From a virus (Duplodnaviria > Caudoviricetes), in the IMG/VR virus record IMGVR_UViG_3300021400_000095: DNA of 64,000 bases. One strand, given 5' to 3'. The notes beneath the pieces were generated by a model, which was given only the letters and a program-made list of their open reading frames with translations, searched no databases and was not told where the DNA came from. Position numbers and translations under genes: made by a program. Below are positions 19,514 to 29,450 of the stretch, piece after piece (position 1 is the stretch's first letter; each line of letters starts with the position of its first letter).

Positions 19514-20305
19514 ATGAAAGATTTAACAGTAATTGTTCCAATACATGAATATACTGAAGAAGTAGAAAAGTTACTTACAAATGCAGTTGAGAGTTACAAG
19601 AAAATTGCAGATGATGAAAATATTTTAATGTTTGTTGGCCCTGCCAAAGTTTTGGATAAAGTCAAAAAAATGTCAGTTTTAGATGGAAACAACAATGTTG
19701 TGTTTCTTGAAAACAAGGATATTGATTTTTGTACACAAATAAATGTTGCAGTAGATGCATGTGTAACAAAATATTTCTCAATTCTTGAATTTGATGATTT
19801 GTATATGCCAAACTGGTTTAAGAATGCAGAAGCATATATGGAATTAGATAATAACATTTCAGTTGTATTACCATTAACTGAAATTGTTATGGCTGATAAA
19901 ATGGAAGATGGACCTGTTGGTTATGTAAATGAGGCTGTTTGGGCAACATCTTTTTCTGATGAAATTGGTTATCTTGATATTGAAGCACTTTTAACTTATA
20001 TGAATTTTAATACTACAGGTGGAATTTTTAACAAGGAAGATTTTATTAAAATTGGAAAACTTAAGAAATCAATTAAATTAACCTATTGGTATGAATATTT
20101 ATTAAGAAGTGTATATAATGGTAAAAAGGTATATGTTGTACCAAAAGTTGGATATCAACATTTCTTGAATAGAAAGGGTTCAATTTCAGACACATATAAT
20201 AATACTTTAACACCTGATGAAGCTGATTTCTGGATTGAATTAGCACAAAAAGACTACTTATTCAACAAAGAAAGAGATAAGTCACACTATCAATTTGAGC
20301 AATAA
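19514..20305 (+). CDS. Glycosyltransferase family 2-like protein
   Basis: LTVIVPIH, KYFSILEFDD (DxD-like), GGIFNKEDF, YEYLLR. Confidence 0.75.
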   Translation: MKDLTVIVPIHEYTEEVEKLLTNAVESYKKIADDENILMFVGPAKVLDKVKKMSVLDGNNNVVFLENKDIDFCTQINVAVDACVTKYFSILEFDDLYMPNWFKNAEAYMELDNNISVVLPLTEIVMADKMEDGPVGYVNEAVWATSFSDEIGYLDIEALLTYMNFNTTGGIFNKEDFIKIGKLKKSIKLTYWYEYLLRSVYNGKKVYVVPKVGYQHFLNRKGSISDTYNNTLTPDEADFWIELAQKDYLFNKERDKSHYQFEQ

Positions 20306-20319
20306 AATAATAATGCAAA

Positions 20320-20434
20320 CATGGGGTACTTAATGTGCCCCATGCATCAACATAAGACTTGTTATACAAGTATGTCAGGAAAGTACACTTAATTGTGTAG
20401 AAATGATGCTGCTTAAGAAAAAAATCAGTAAGCA
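20320..20434 (+). promoter_or_regulatory. Putative structured RNA leader of the late sigma gene
   Basis: Four or five self-complementary stems fill the intergenic region (see findings). Confidence 0.45.
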
Positions 20435-20437
20435 CAA

Positions 20438-21310
20438 ATGGGAAGAGGAAGAAAACCAAAAGAAAGAAAAGGTTATTTTTATGAAAAAGAAGAACAAGCA
20501 GTAATAGACTACATTAATTCAACAAATAACATTGAAAAAAACCATATTTTTAATACCATATTATTTCCTGCTTTTAGTAAAATGATTGAATCAATCATTA
20601 GAAGATATAAATTATATGTCCCTGATGAAGATTTTGACCAAACATTTAATGATACTATATCATATTTGATGACAAAAATCATGCATTATAAGCCTATTAT
20701 TTATGAATATGAAGAAATTGATTCAATACCTGATGGCATAATACCTGTAATGGTTAATGAAGTTGATAAGAAAGAAATTTTTAAAAATGCCACAAGCGGT
20801 AGTCCAAAATATATTATCATAAATTCACTTGATGATATTGTACCATATGAATTAAATGAGAAGAAATATAGAGCCTTTTCATATTGTCAAACAATTTGTA
20901 AAAATTATTTAATGTTTAAGGGCATACAATATGTTAAAGGACAACAAAGAAATTTGCCATATGAATCAGATTCATTTGAAAATAATTACAAATATGCAAC
21001 AGAAGAAAACAATAGTTATATTTTGGCTGAAAAATTGATAAAAAAATCATCAAATGAAATCCTAAAGATGGTTAAATCACCTAAAGAATATGATTTAAAT
21101 GATAGTGAACTAAAAGTTGGTTATGCTCTTGTTGATTTGTTAAACAATTGGGACAAGTTGGTGATTGAAAATGGTAGTAATAAACTCCAAAAAAACTCAG
21201 TTCTTTATTTCTTAAGAGAAGAAACAATGATGTCAACAAAATTAGTTAGGGACAATATGAAGAAATTTAAAACATTATATTATCTATTAAAGGAAAAGGA
21301 ACTTGAATAG
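20438..21310 (+). CDS. gp55-like late-transcription sigma factor
   Basis: FSKMIESIIRRY..DTISYLMTKIMHYKP..RAFSYCQTICKNYL resembles sigma region 2 of T4 gp55-type proteins. Confidence 0.6.
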   Translation: MGRGRKPKERKGYFYEKEEQAVIDYINSTNNIEKNHIFNTILFPAFSKMIESIIRRYKLYVPDEDFDQTFNDTISYLMTKIMHYKPIIYEYEEIDSIPDGIIPVMVNEVDKKEIFKNATSGSPKYIIINSLDDIVPYELNEKKYRAFSYCQTICKNYLMFKGIQYVKGQQRNLPYESDSFENNYKYATEENNSYILAEKLIKKSSNEILKMVKSPKEYDLNDSELKVGYALVDLLNNWDKLVIENGSNKLQKNSVLYFLREETMMSTKLVRDNMKKFKTLYYLLKEKELE

Positions 21311-21322
21311 AAAACAGGTAAC

Positions 21323-21333
21323 AACTATTTATA
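21323..21333 (+). promoter_or_regulatory. Putative late promoter AACTATTTATA
   Basis: 12 nt upstream of the structural operon start at 21346. Confidence 0.6.
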
Positions 21334-21345
21334 AGAAAAAAGAAA

Positions 21346-21747
21346 ATGGCAAAATATAAAGTTAAATTAAATTCAATTGAAAAAATTGAAGAACTTCTTC
21401 AAGAAATTTATGAGGAAGCATGTAGATTGATTGTACAAATACAATGTGAGATTGATAAAATACAAAATAGCACTAATTTAGGTGCTGAAAATATTACCAT
21501 TGATGATAAAGCAAAGTATGCAAAAGCAATGAATGATTTCATGAATGCAAAGAAAAAAGCAATTGATAGTAAATTTGAAATTGCAAAATTTATGGGTGAA
21601 CTTGCAAAGCATAGTGGTGATATTGCTAACACATTGAATGACCCTTCTTTTGTAAAAGAAACAAAGCTTAATTTGGCTGGTTTGAGAAATGCAGCATTTG
21701 AAGACACTGGTGATAATGATTTTGATTCCTATAACTTAAAGAAATAA
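21346..21747 (+). CDS. Hypothetical coiled-coil protein
   Basis: 133-aa ORF after a late motif. Confidence 0.6.
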   Translation: MAKYKVKLNSIEKIEELLQEIYEEACRLIVQIQCEIDKIQNSTNLGAENITIDDKAKYAKAMNDFMNAKKKAIDSKFEIAKFMGELAKHSGDIANTLNDPSFVKETKLNLAGLRNAAFEDTGDNDFDSYNLKK

Positions 21748-23708
21748 TGAACAGTGAAAGTAGAATAATTGGTCTAATAGGTGCAATACAAACACTCATA
21801 GAGAATTTCCCTATGAGTGTGCTTTCAGTTAGAGGCAAGACCTATACATCAGCAATGGATTTTATCTTAGACATTCTAAGACAAATTGGATTGGATGAAA
21901 TAACATTGACTGATGAAATTATAAAACTTTTCTTTAATGTTCCTAATGCCATAGAAATATATGGAAACATGGGAACACTTGTCTATAAACCAATTAAAAA
22001 ACCCACTGATGAGCAAATTAAAAATGCACAATATAGAACAAATGTTCCAACAGATGTGTCAATTGATGACCCTGATTATATTGTTGTAAATAATGTTTAT
22101 TATTTTAAAACAACAAATGTGTCACATGATGTACAAAGTGAATTTGTTAATGGGCTTGAAGATTCTGTAAAAAATATTATAATGAATATTCTTACAGCAA
22201 TTTTGTCTTGTTCCATTGTCCCTGAAATACCTGATTATGATTTAGATTTATCTGAACAATATAGAATTGAATTACCTTTATCATTAATTGACACTTGTAA
22301 CTATCTAAACATTTGCCCAACAACAGAAATAGGACAAAATTTCTATAATGTAGACTATAATATAACACCAAACACATTGTATAAATCAAAAGATTTAAAT
22401 GCTTTTATTTGGTATGTTTTAAATAGAGGAACTACTATTAACCAAACTGAAATAAATAAAATGATGTGGGATAGTAGAATGAAATCTGAAAATTATAGTG
22501 ATTATAATAGAAACACACCTGAAAAATGGAATTCATGGCTTTCATCAAAAACAGGTCCAACAACCACTAATCCAAATAACATTTTATATGCTTCAGGCAA
22601 AACAAATGAATATTTTAATGCATTAGAAGATAGTGAAGGAAGAAATACTACAACACAAATTCCACTTCACCCAATAATTCAGTTTTATCCAAATAATAGT
22701 GTAACAGGTGAAAAAACTTTAAATCTTTTAATATCAAGTCAAAGTTATTGGCAACCAAACAGAACATTTAATAAAAGTATTTATGAATTCAATAAGGATT
22801 ATTTGGAAAATATAAAAATTTTTTCACCAAGAGTTCTTGTTGCAAGCATGATTAATGAATTATTGAATGGCAATGTTTTAGGCTCATTAGGCTTAAGTTA
22901 TAGTATTGAAGAAAATTATATTGATGCACAAATTAATGAAATTGTAAAAAGAGCATTGGAAGAGGATGATATGACAATTTCAGATTGCTATTTCACATTT
23001 TCAAATGATGAATATAATAAAATGCTTGCCAACATGGAAGTTCAAAGATATGGTGGAAAAGTATTAAATAGTGAAACAGCACCTGTAATTAAGATTGGAA
23101 AAGACTTTGGCATTGATAAATTGAATGAAATTAATTCAATGGCAACCATTAATGAAAAGATTACAACAATAACTAAAACAATATATGACATTGCAGCAAT
23201 ACCAGGAACAGATGCTTCAATAGAAATTAGTGATAAATTAAGTTTAGGTTACAATAATGAATGGCTTAGACAAATTTTAATGTCTATTATCAGACCAATT
23301 GTAAAATCATTACTTTCACCTAAACTTATGTTATTGTTTTTAATTGATTTTGAAATAATGGGTTTAATAAACCTTGAAGATATTAATGCAATTAAAAATA
23401 TTAATGATATATTGAATATATTTTATAGGAAAATTTTTGGTGCAATGATTTCTGTTATCAGATATATTAAAGATAAGATAATTGAGTTTTTACTTAATCT
23501 TTTCTTTAAGCACATTGAGCCATTACTAATCAAATTCTTTGCTATTGTTTTAACTGAAAAACTTGATGCATGGATTGCACTATTAGCAGAGGCTGCTGCC
23601 TGTCTTCCAAGATTTAAACAGCAAAAAGTATTAACAGAAATTGATGATGTTAACTATGCTGATATAACAAAAACAAGTGATGTTCCTGAATCATCAGTAA
23701 CTTGCTAA
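21747..23708 (+). CDS. Hypothetical (probable virion/baseplate-associated) protein
   Basis: 653-aa ORF with hydrophobic helical C-terminus, in an operon with the spike-like gene. Confidence 0.55.
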   Translation: MNSESRIIGLIGAIQTLIENFPMSVLSVRGKTYTSAMDFILDILRQIGLDEITLTDEIIKLFFNVPNAIEIYGNMGTLVYKPIKKPTDEQIKNAQYRTNVPTDVSIDDPDYIVVNNVYYFKTTNVSHDVQSEFVNGLEDSVKNIIMNILTAILSCSIVPEIPDYDLDLSEQYRIELPLSLIDTCNYLNICPTTEIGQNFYNVDYNITPNTLYKSKDLNAFIWYVLNRGTTINQTEINKMMWDSRMKSENYSDYNRNTPEKWNSWLSSKTGPTTTNPNNILYASGKTNEYFNALEDSEGRNTTTQIPLHPIIQFYPNNSVTGEKTLNLLISSQSYWQPNRTFNKSIYEFNKDYLENIKIFSPRVLVASMINELLNGNVLGSLGLSYSIEENYIDAQINEIVKRALEEDDMTISDCYFTFSNDEYNKMLANMEVQRYGGKVLNSETAPVIKIGKDFGIDKLNEINSMATINEKITTITKTIYDIAAIPGTDASIEISDKLSLGYNNEWLRQILMSIIRPIVKSLLSPKLMLLFLIDFEIMGLINLEDINAIKNINDILNIFYRKIFGAMISVIRYIKDKIIEFLLNLFFKHIEPLLIKFFAIVLTEKLDAWIALLAEAAACLPRFKQQKVLTEIDDVNYADITKTSDVPESSVTC

Positions 23709-23732
23709 ATAATATTTAAAACCCAATGAACA

Positions 23733-24128
23733 ATGTTAACATTAGATAAAATATCAAGTGTTATAACCAATACACTTAATAAAATGAAAACACCTGCTGA
23801 TATATTGCCAACAGTTCTGTTAAATTGTGTGGCAATGAGAAGACCAGGATTATCAGCAGCAAAAATTGCTGCACAAATTATAAGCAACAACAATGCTATT
23901 GGCATACCAACAGGTTTAAATCCTGATGGGACACCTAATATGATAAATGAATATACATATAACATTGTTAAGTGTGTTATTGATGCAATCCAACAAGATG
24001 GTGTTGTTCAAGTTGCAATTCCAGCAGGTTCAATCATGGTTCAAACTGAAGGTGCAAATGCTGGTGGCCCACTTGTTGGTGTTGGAACAAATGTAATAAA
24101 TTCAGTAGCTAAAGGTTTAATTAGGTAA
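23733..24128 (+). CDS. Hypothetical virion protein
   Basis: 131-aa ORF, GANAGGPLVGVG. Confidence 0.55.
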   Translation: MLTLDKISSVITNTLNKMKTPADILPTVLLNCVAMRRPGLSAAKIAAQIISNNNAIGIPTGLNPDGTPNMINEYTYNIVKCVIDAIQQDGVVQVAIPAGSIMVQTEGANAGGPLVGVGTNVINSVAKGLIR

Positions 24129-24129
24129 T

Positions 24130-24318
24130 ATGGAATTTAAAAATATAAAAGAATTAAGTAATGGTGAACTTGACATTTATAAATTAGAGTTATATCATCA
24201 ATATGAAGCATTGAAAACAAAAATTGATAGAATGTGTGATGAACTTGACAAAATTTCATCAGAATATGATAAGGCAAAAAAAGAAATAAGAATAAGACAA
24301 AGTAAAATATATAAATAA
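24130..24318 (+). CDS. Small coiled-coil hypothetical protein
   Basis: 62-aa ORF tightly packed between neighbours. Confidence 0.5.
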   Translation: MEFKNIKELSNGELDIYKLELYHQYEALKTKIDRMCDELDKISSEYDKAKKEIRIRQSKIYK

Positions 24319-25211
24319 TGGCAGAAAATTTTGCATTGGTTAGATTGGCAAAAGTTTTATCAGTAAAAGACATTGCAGATGGTGATAGAATTAAAGTTAG
24401 ATTGTTACCAGAAGATGCAGGAAAAGAAACTGAAGTCATTGACAATGTTTTACCTATCATACCAAAATTATTACATATAAAGCCAAAAGTTGGTGAAATG
24501 GTTTTGATTTTGACTGCACAAGCAACAGATGGTAACAGTCAAAGATATTATTTTGGTCCTGTGATTTCTCAAAAAAACCATATGTATTATGAACCATATG
24601 AAAAAGAAGCAACATCACTATACAAAGGCTCAACTGTCTCACCTGAACAAGCACAAGATATGATTCCTGAAACAAATGGTGCATTTCCTAAAGATGAAGA
24701 TATTTCACTTGAAGGTAGAAAAAACACAGGAATCCAATTAACAGATGATGATGTTAGAATTAAAGCAGGTGTTAAAGTTGTAAAACCAGGAACAAATAAT
24801 AGAGAAATACAATTTAATACAAAAAATCCTGCATATGTAAAACTAAAGTTTAATGATGAACAGCAACACACCAATAAAGGTAAAGAATATCAAAGTACAG
24901 CACTTGTGGTTGCTGATAAAATAAACCTGATTGGAACTGACAGTAAGCTTGTTGCAGAAAATAAAGAAATCAAAATTACAGACCCTGATGATTTGGCAAC
25001 AGATGAAGCAATGAAAGCAATTATTGATAAAGCACATCAATTACCATATGGTGACATACTTGTTGATTTCTTAAAATTGATGAGAACTGCACTTTTAACA
25101 CATGTACACCCATTCTCAGGAACACCACCATGTATTATTGGAACACCTTTAGAAACTGTACAGACTTATGATATGAATAAAATTTTATCAGATACAGTTA
25201 GAATATCTTAA
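24318..25211 (+). CDS. Baseplate hub/central spike protein (gp5/gpV-like)
   Basis: OB-fold-like DRIKVR..PKVGEMVLI..RYYFG and C-terminal THVHP (HxH apex motif). Confidence 0.65.
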   Translation: MAENFALVRLAKVLSVKDIADGDRIKVRLLPEDAGKETEVIDNVLPIIPKLLHIKPKVGEMVLILTAQATDGNSQRYYFGPVISQKNHMYYEPYEKEATSLYKGSTVSPEQAQDMIPETNGAFPKDEDISLEGRKNTGIQLTDDDVRIKAGVKVVKPGTNNREIQFNTKNPAYVKLKFNDEQQHTNKGKEYQSTALVVADKINLIGTDSKLVAENKEIKITDPDDLATDEAMKAIIDKAHQLPYGDILVDFLKLMRTALLTHVHPFSGTPPCIIGTPLETVQTYDMNKILSDTVRIS

Positions 25212-25241
25212 AAAGAAAAGACCTCATGTGAGGTCTTTTTT
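25211..25241. terminator. Bidirectional intrinsic terminator
   Basis: aaaagacctca-tg-tgaggtctttt. Confidence 0.8.
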
Positions 25242-25242
25242 G

Positions 25243-26766
25243 TTATTCATATCTTTCTGTTACATCACTTACAACTGTGAATCTTAATACCTTTTTAAAA
25301 TATTTAATCTCCCTACCTAAGTTTACTTTTATGTCTACAAAATACTCATGTGGTACTAAATCTGCTGTGTAAATCAAGAAGAAATTGTTTAAGAAATTCT
25401 TATCAATAGGATGATAATCAATGACAGTTAACTCTCTGTTTCCATCTTTAATATATAATCTGTATTCAGCACTATCTATTAATTCTTTGACATCTGTTTC
25501 ATATTCTTTCCTGAAATCTACTGTAATTTCTCTTACTTCACCTCTATGTAGAACTTCAGCATCATTGATTCCATATAAACTTGGTACAAAACTACTCTTA
25601 TTAGATGACCTGTTTCCAACCACTAAGAAATTTGATTGTGGTTTAACTTCAAACTCTAATTCAATATCATCTATTTTTTGGCCATTTAAAGACAAATTAG
25701 ACCATTTGTCATAACCAATGGTTCCATCCTCCAACTTAATCTTTTGAGGCTCAATATGGGCAAAATAGACACCTTTTTGGGCTTGTTGGACTTCAAATTC
25801 AACACCATCAATTGTACAAGTTGGAATATTGTCAAGATTTACTGGTTCACCATTTATATTTGAATAAAGATACAAATCATTTTCCCTACCAAGGCAAAAA
25901 TTTTCTCTATCATCAGAAACTGTTTTACAATACTTTGCTTCAATATATGGATGGAAGAAAGTATTTGTATTATTAGTAAAGAAACCAACATATTGTGGCA
26001 TTATAGTTTCCATTCTTTCAATATTAGGGGAAAACATAATACCAATACCATAATTTTCTTCACCATTTACCAAATCAATTATATATTTTGTTATATCAAT
26101 ACAAAGATTTTCATTCCCAAAATCAAAATGTTGTTCTCCAATAACAATAGATTGTTCATTGTTTTTGAATAAATCATACTGTTCTTTTAAAAATTCATTT
26201 GAATAAACACCACCTTCAAGAATAATTTTTCTTCTTATTGTGTTTCCTTCTTCATCTTCTTCCAAAACCCAAATATTTTTTGGTGAAATATTTAAATTAG
26301 GGTCATTTAAATCTATCTTTTCTTTATCCACTGGCCAGACATAACCATCACTACTAAAATACCAGTTTGATGGGTTATCATTAAAAGACCTATTATTATT
26401 AATCCAAAAATCAGCAACAAAATCAAAACCTCTACCTTCATCAAAATGTGCAGGTAGTTTAAATGCAATTATATCAAAAGATGCTGCTCTTTGTCTAATT
26501 TCTTTACCATTTAATAAAAGTTTTTCAAGAGGATATCCATCAACTGAAAAACAATTTGTCATTTTTAATTTTACTGATAAATTATCTAAATCAGCAAATG
26601 TTTTATCTTTAATAAGGTCAAGTATTTCATTTTCATCAAAATGAATTAATCCCCTTGTAATTACTTTTCTGCCATAATTTAATTCCATTACAGGATTAAG
26701 ACCCATATTAGAATATTGGCCTTTTACAATTGTATTTACTTTATCTAAAAAAAAGTGTCTTACCAT
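25243..26766 (-). CDS. Probable virion structural protein
   Basis: 507-aa beta-rich ORF under a late motif; FDEGRGFD, FFTNNTNTFFHPYIE. Confidence 0.55.
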   Translation of the reverse strand: MVRHFFLDKVNTIVKGQYSNMGLNPVMELNYGRKVITRGLIHFDENEILDLIKDKTFADLDNLSVKLKMTNCFSVDGYPLEKLLLNGKEIRQRAASFDIIAFKLPAHFDEGRGFDFVADFWINNNRSFNDNPSNWYFSSDGYVWPVDKEKIDLNDPNLNISPKNIWVLEEDEEGNTIRRKIILEGGVYSNEFLKEQYDLFKNNEQSIVIGEQHFDFGNENLCIDITKYIIDLVNGEENYGIGIMFSPNIERMETIMPQYVGFFTNNTNTFFHPYIEAKYCKTVSDDRENFCLGRENDLYLYSNINGEPVNLDNIPTCTIDGVEFEVQQAQKGVYFAHIEPQKIKLEDGTIGYDKWSNLSLNGQKIDDIELEFEVKPQSNFLVVGNRSSNKSSFVPSLYGINDAEVLHRGEVREITVDFRKEYETDVKELIDSAEYRLYIKDGNRELTVIDYHPIDKNFLNNFFLIYTADLVPHEYFVDIKVNLGREIKYFKKVLRFTVVSDVTERYE

Positions 26767-26994
26767 TATCTTTATACATTTATATATAAATAGTTGTAAT
26801 TTAAGAACAAAATTTTTTTTTATAATAATTATTTTTATTAAGTTTTGGTTATTAATATGTTATGTATTTAGCAAATAAAATACTTTATTTTGATTGATTT
26901 TTTTCTTTCATTATAAACTATTTATTAGTAGTTGAAGGAATTTATTTTCTGGCCAGAAAAATTATATTGAAAATAATGAACTAAAACTATGTGA

Positions 26995-27723
26995 ATGGGG
27001 AAAAAGAAAAAAGAAGTTTCAGGATTGACTGAAACTGTGTTAGAAATTGGAGTTAAACCCTTGTCTTACAGGGTTAACTTAAAGTGCAAAAACCAAAAAC
27101 AGAAAGAATTGGTTAACAACATTAAGGCCAATCAAATTACAGTTGTTGAAGGTGTTTTTGGTGTTGGCAAAACATTTGTCATTAATTCTGTTGCACTTGA
27201 AATGTTAAAAAATCAAGAAGTAGAAAAAATAATTTTAATTGTTCCATCTGTTAGTAATGGTAGTATGAGTTTGGGTCATTTACCAGGCAGTCTTGATGAA
27301 AAAATCTATAATTTTGCAGTAAATGAATTAGAAAGTTTTAGAAAAATATTGCAAAAATATGGAAATGAAAATGCAGACCAAATCATAGAAGAACTGTTCA
27401 AAAAAGAAATGATACAAATTAGACCACTTGCATTTTTGAGAGGTGCATCTTTTGAAAATGCTTTTATCTGTGTGTCTGAAGCAGAACAATTTACTAAAGA
27501 AGACCTTTTTCTAATACTTACAAGATTTGAAAGTGGGAAAATGGTTATCTCAGGTGACCAATTACAAACAGATAGAAAAGAGGTTAAATCAGGAAATAGT
27601 GGATTACAACATGCAATGGAAAGATTAAATGGAATAAATGGTGTTGGAATTGTTAAGTTTTCTGAAAATGATATTGTAAGAAATGATATATTATTAGATA
27701 TATATAACAAATGGAAAAACTAA
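26995..27723 (+). CDS. phoH: PhoH-family ATPase
   Basis: GVFGVGKT, LGHLPGSLDEK, PLAFLRGASF, SEAEQ, LTR, SGDQLQTD, DIVRN. Confidence 0.92.
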   Translation: MGKKKKEVSGLTETVLEIGVKPLSYRVNLKCKNQKQKELVNNIKANQITVVEGVFGVGKTFVINSVALEMLKNQEVEKIILIVPSVSNGSMSLGHLPGSLDEKIYNFAVNELESFRKILQKYGNENADQIIEELFKKEMIQIRPLAFLRGASFENAFICVSEAEQFTKEDLFLILTRFESGKMVISGDQLQTDRKEVKSGNSGLQHAMERLNGINGVGIVKFSENDIVRNDILLDIYNKWKN

Positions 27724-27777
27724 ATTGTTTGGCTTAAATTGCAAAATTGCAGTCACAAAGTTATGTATTAGTTTTTC

Positions 27778-27804
27778 AACCACCTAAAATTAGGTGGTTT
27801 TTTT
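27778..27804 (+). terminator. Intrinsic terminator
   Basis: aaccaccta-aaat-taggtggtt followed by T-tract. Confidence 0.75.
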
Positions 27805-27863
27805 AATTTTGACCCCTTGATTTTTATAAAAAATACTTTATTTTTTATAAAAAAACAAATGAT

Positions 27864-28298
27864 ATGGACAAAAAAATTACAAGTGTTATTAAATTTGACA
27901 ATAATTTAAAAATAGGAACAACTGATAAAAAAAATCCAAAAGTTATTTATTTTGAATGGGGCTATTATATTAGGCCAAAAATAAAAAAAGAACAATATTT
28001 CCAAGATATTGAATCTGTGAAAAAAGAACTTGCTGATTTTTTAAAAGATTATATGAAAAATGCAACAGCATTAAAAAAAGATTATCTTTTTTTTAGTGAA
28101 ATTGCTGAAGATAGAATTTTTTATAATAAAAAATCATTCTTTACTTTTCAATTACTAATGAAACCAAATGATTTTATTGTTGACCATTATGGTTTTAAAG
28201 AAATTGCAGAAGCATTTTCTGAAAGTCAAACATTAGTTAGTGACTTTAAGAAAATAATTAGAAAATATGACTTTGCAGTTTGTAAATCTAAGTCATAA
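27864..28298 (+). CDS. Hypothetical protein
   Basis: 144-aa ORF. Confidence 0.6.
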   Translation: MDKKITSVIKFDNNLKIGTTDKKNPKVIYFEWGYYIRPKIKKEQYFQDIESVKKELADFLKDYMKNATALKKDYLFFSEIAEDRIFYNKKSFFTFQLLMKPNDFIVDHYGFKEIAEAFSESQTLVSDFKKIIRKYDFAVCKSKS

Positions 28299-28324
28299 AC
28301 TATTTATTATTAAAATAGATACAA

Positions 28325-28714
28325 ATGGCACAAGAATTTTATTTAATAAAAGGAGCAACATCCCCATATCTTAGGATGGAATTAATAAATGATGGTAGAT
28401 ATGATTATAAAAAATCATTATTTGATAATGCCTTACAAGATAGTGTTGTAACATTTTCAATGAAAAATGTTGAAACAGGTCTTTTAAAAGTAGCAAAAGC
28501 ACCTGTTGATATTGTTTTAGCAAAAAGTGAAGGCTGTGAAGAAAAATATGTTCTGCAATATAAATGGAAAGAAAGAGATACCAAAGAATCAGGTGTATTT
28601 GAAGGTATGTTTGAAATAAAATTTAATGGAAACCTTTCTGAAGATGGTATTGAATACCCTAATGGTATATTAAAAGTTCCTGTGGAAGAACCACTTATAA
28701 TTTATATTAGATGA
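28325..28714 (+). CDS. Probable virion protein (BppU N-terminal-like beta sandwich)
   Basis: FYLIKGATSPYL..VTFSMKN..YKWKERDT..GVFEGMFEIKF; late motif upstream. Confidence 0.5.
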   Translation: MAQEFYLIKGATSPYLRMELINDGRYDYKKSLFDNALQDSVVTFSMKNVETGLLKVAKAPVDIVLAKSEGCEEKYVLQYKWKERDTKESGVFEGMFEIKFNGNLSEDGIEYPNGILKVPVEEPLIIYIR

Positions 28715-28744
28715 AAAAAGAGAGTTAATCAACTCTCTTTTTTT
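28714..28744. terminator. Bidirectional intrinsic terminator
   Basis: aaaaaagagagtt-aatc-aactctctttttt. Confidence 0.8.
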
Positions 28745-29445
28745 TATGCCAAATCAGGATATAATCTTATTATCTTGTTTCTAATACTTTTAACCTTGTT
28801 CTCATAATTTTTATCACTTGCATACCTCATTCCAAGGTCATTAACAAATCCACCAGGGCTTAAAAGTTCATCAATTGATTTATCATTTAAATATTTTGCT
28901 TTCATTAAATTAATGTATGGTTGTATGCTATCATCCTGTGTTGGATATGTGCATGCATTTTTTCCACTATCATATGAACCAACAGACCAAACACTATTTG
29001 TTTTTCTTGCTCTATTTGTCATACCAAAACAACTTTCCAAATGTGCTTGTGCTAATAGTAATGGCAAATCAAAATTATTTTTTTGGCAAACATCAACAAT
29101 TTTTTCTGGTGAAAGTTGAAGATTTTCTATTGACATATTCTGATTCTTTAATGCCTGTGCAATGTACTTTGTAACATCTTTAATCTTTTTATCTCTTAAA
29201 GTATCTACTTGCTGTTCCACACCAACCTCATGTTTAATGTAATTTTTATATTTTTCATTAAGCTCCAAGCCATCAATTGCAAATGCAATAACACTTGCAG
29301 CAATACCAGCAGCAAGTGCTGCTTTATATCTTTTTATTAGAGATTTTATATCAAATCCTTCAGTCAGTGTTTCACCTGTTATTTCTTGTAAGATTGAATA
29401 TTCCTTTATGAAATCAAACTGACTTTCATTAACAATGAATTTCAT
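28744..29445 (-). CDS. Glucosaminidase (GH73-like) peptidoglycan hydrolase
   Basis: LLLAQAHLESCFG, NSVWSVG, YASDKNYENKV. Confidence 0.8.
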   Translation of the reverse strand: MKFIVNESQFDFIKEYSILQEITGETLTEGFDIKSLIKRYKAALAAGIAASVIAFAIDGLELNEKYKNYIKHEVGVEQQVDTLRDKKIKDVTKYIAQALKNQNMSIENLQLSPEKIVDVCQKNNFDLPLLLAQAHLESCFGMTNRARKTNSVWSVGSYDSGKNACTYPTQDDSIQPYINLMKAKYLNDKSIDELLSPGGFVNDLGMRYASDKNYENKVKSIRNKIIRLYPDLA

Positions 29446-29450
29446 ATTAA

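Noticed and set aside
20344-20409. Type III hammerhead ribozyme
   Set aside because: The three-stem topology with GAAA fits, but the core is CAGGAAAG rather than CUGANGA and there is no UH cleavage site.
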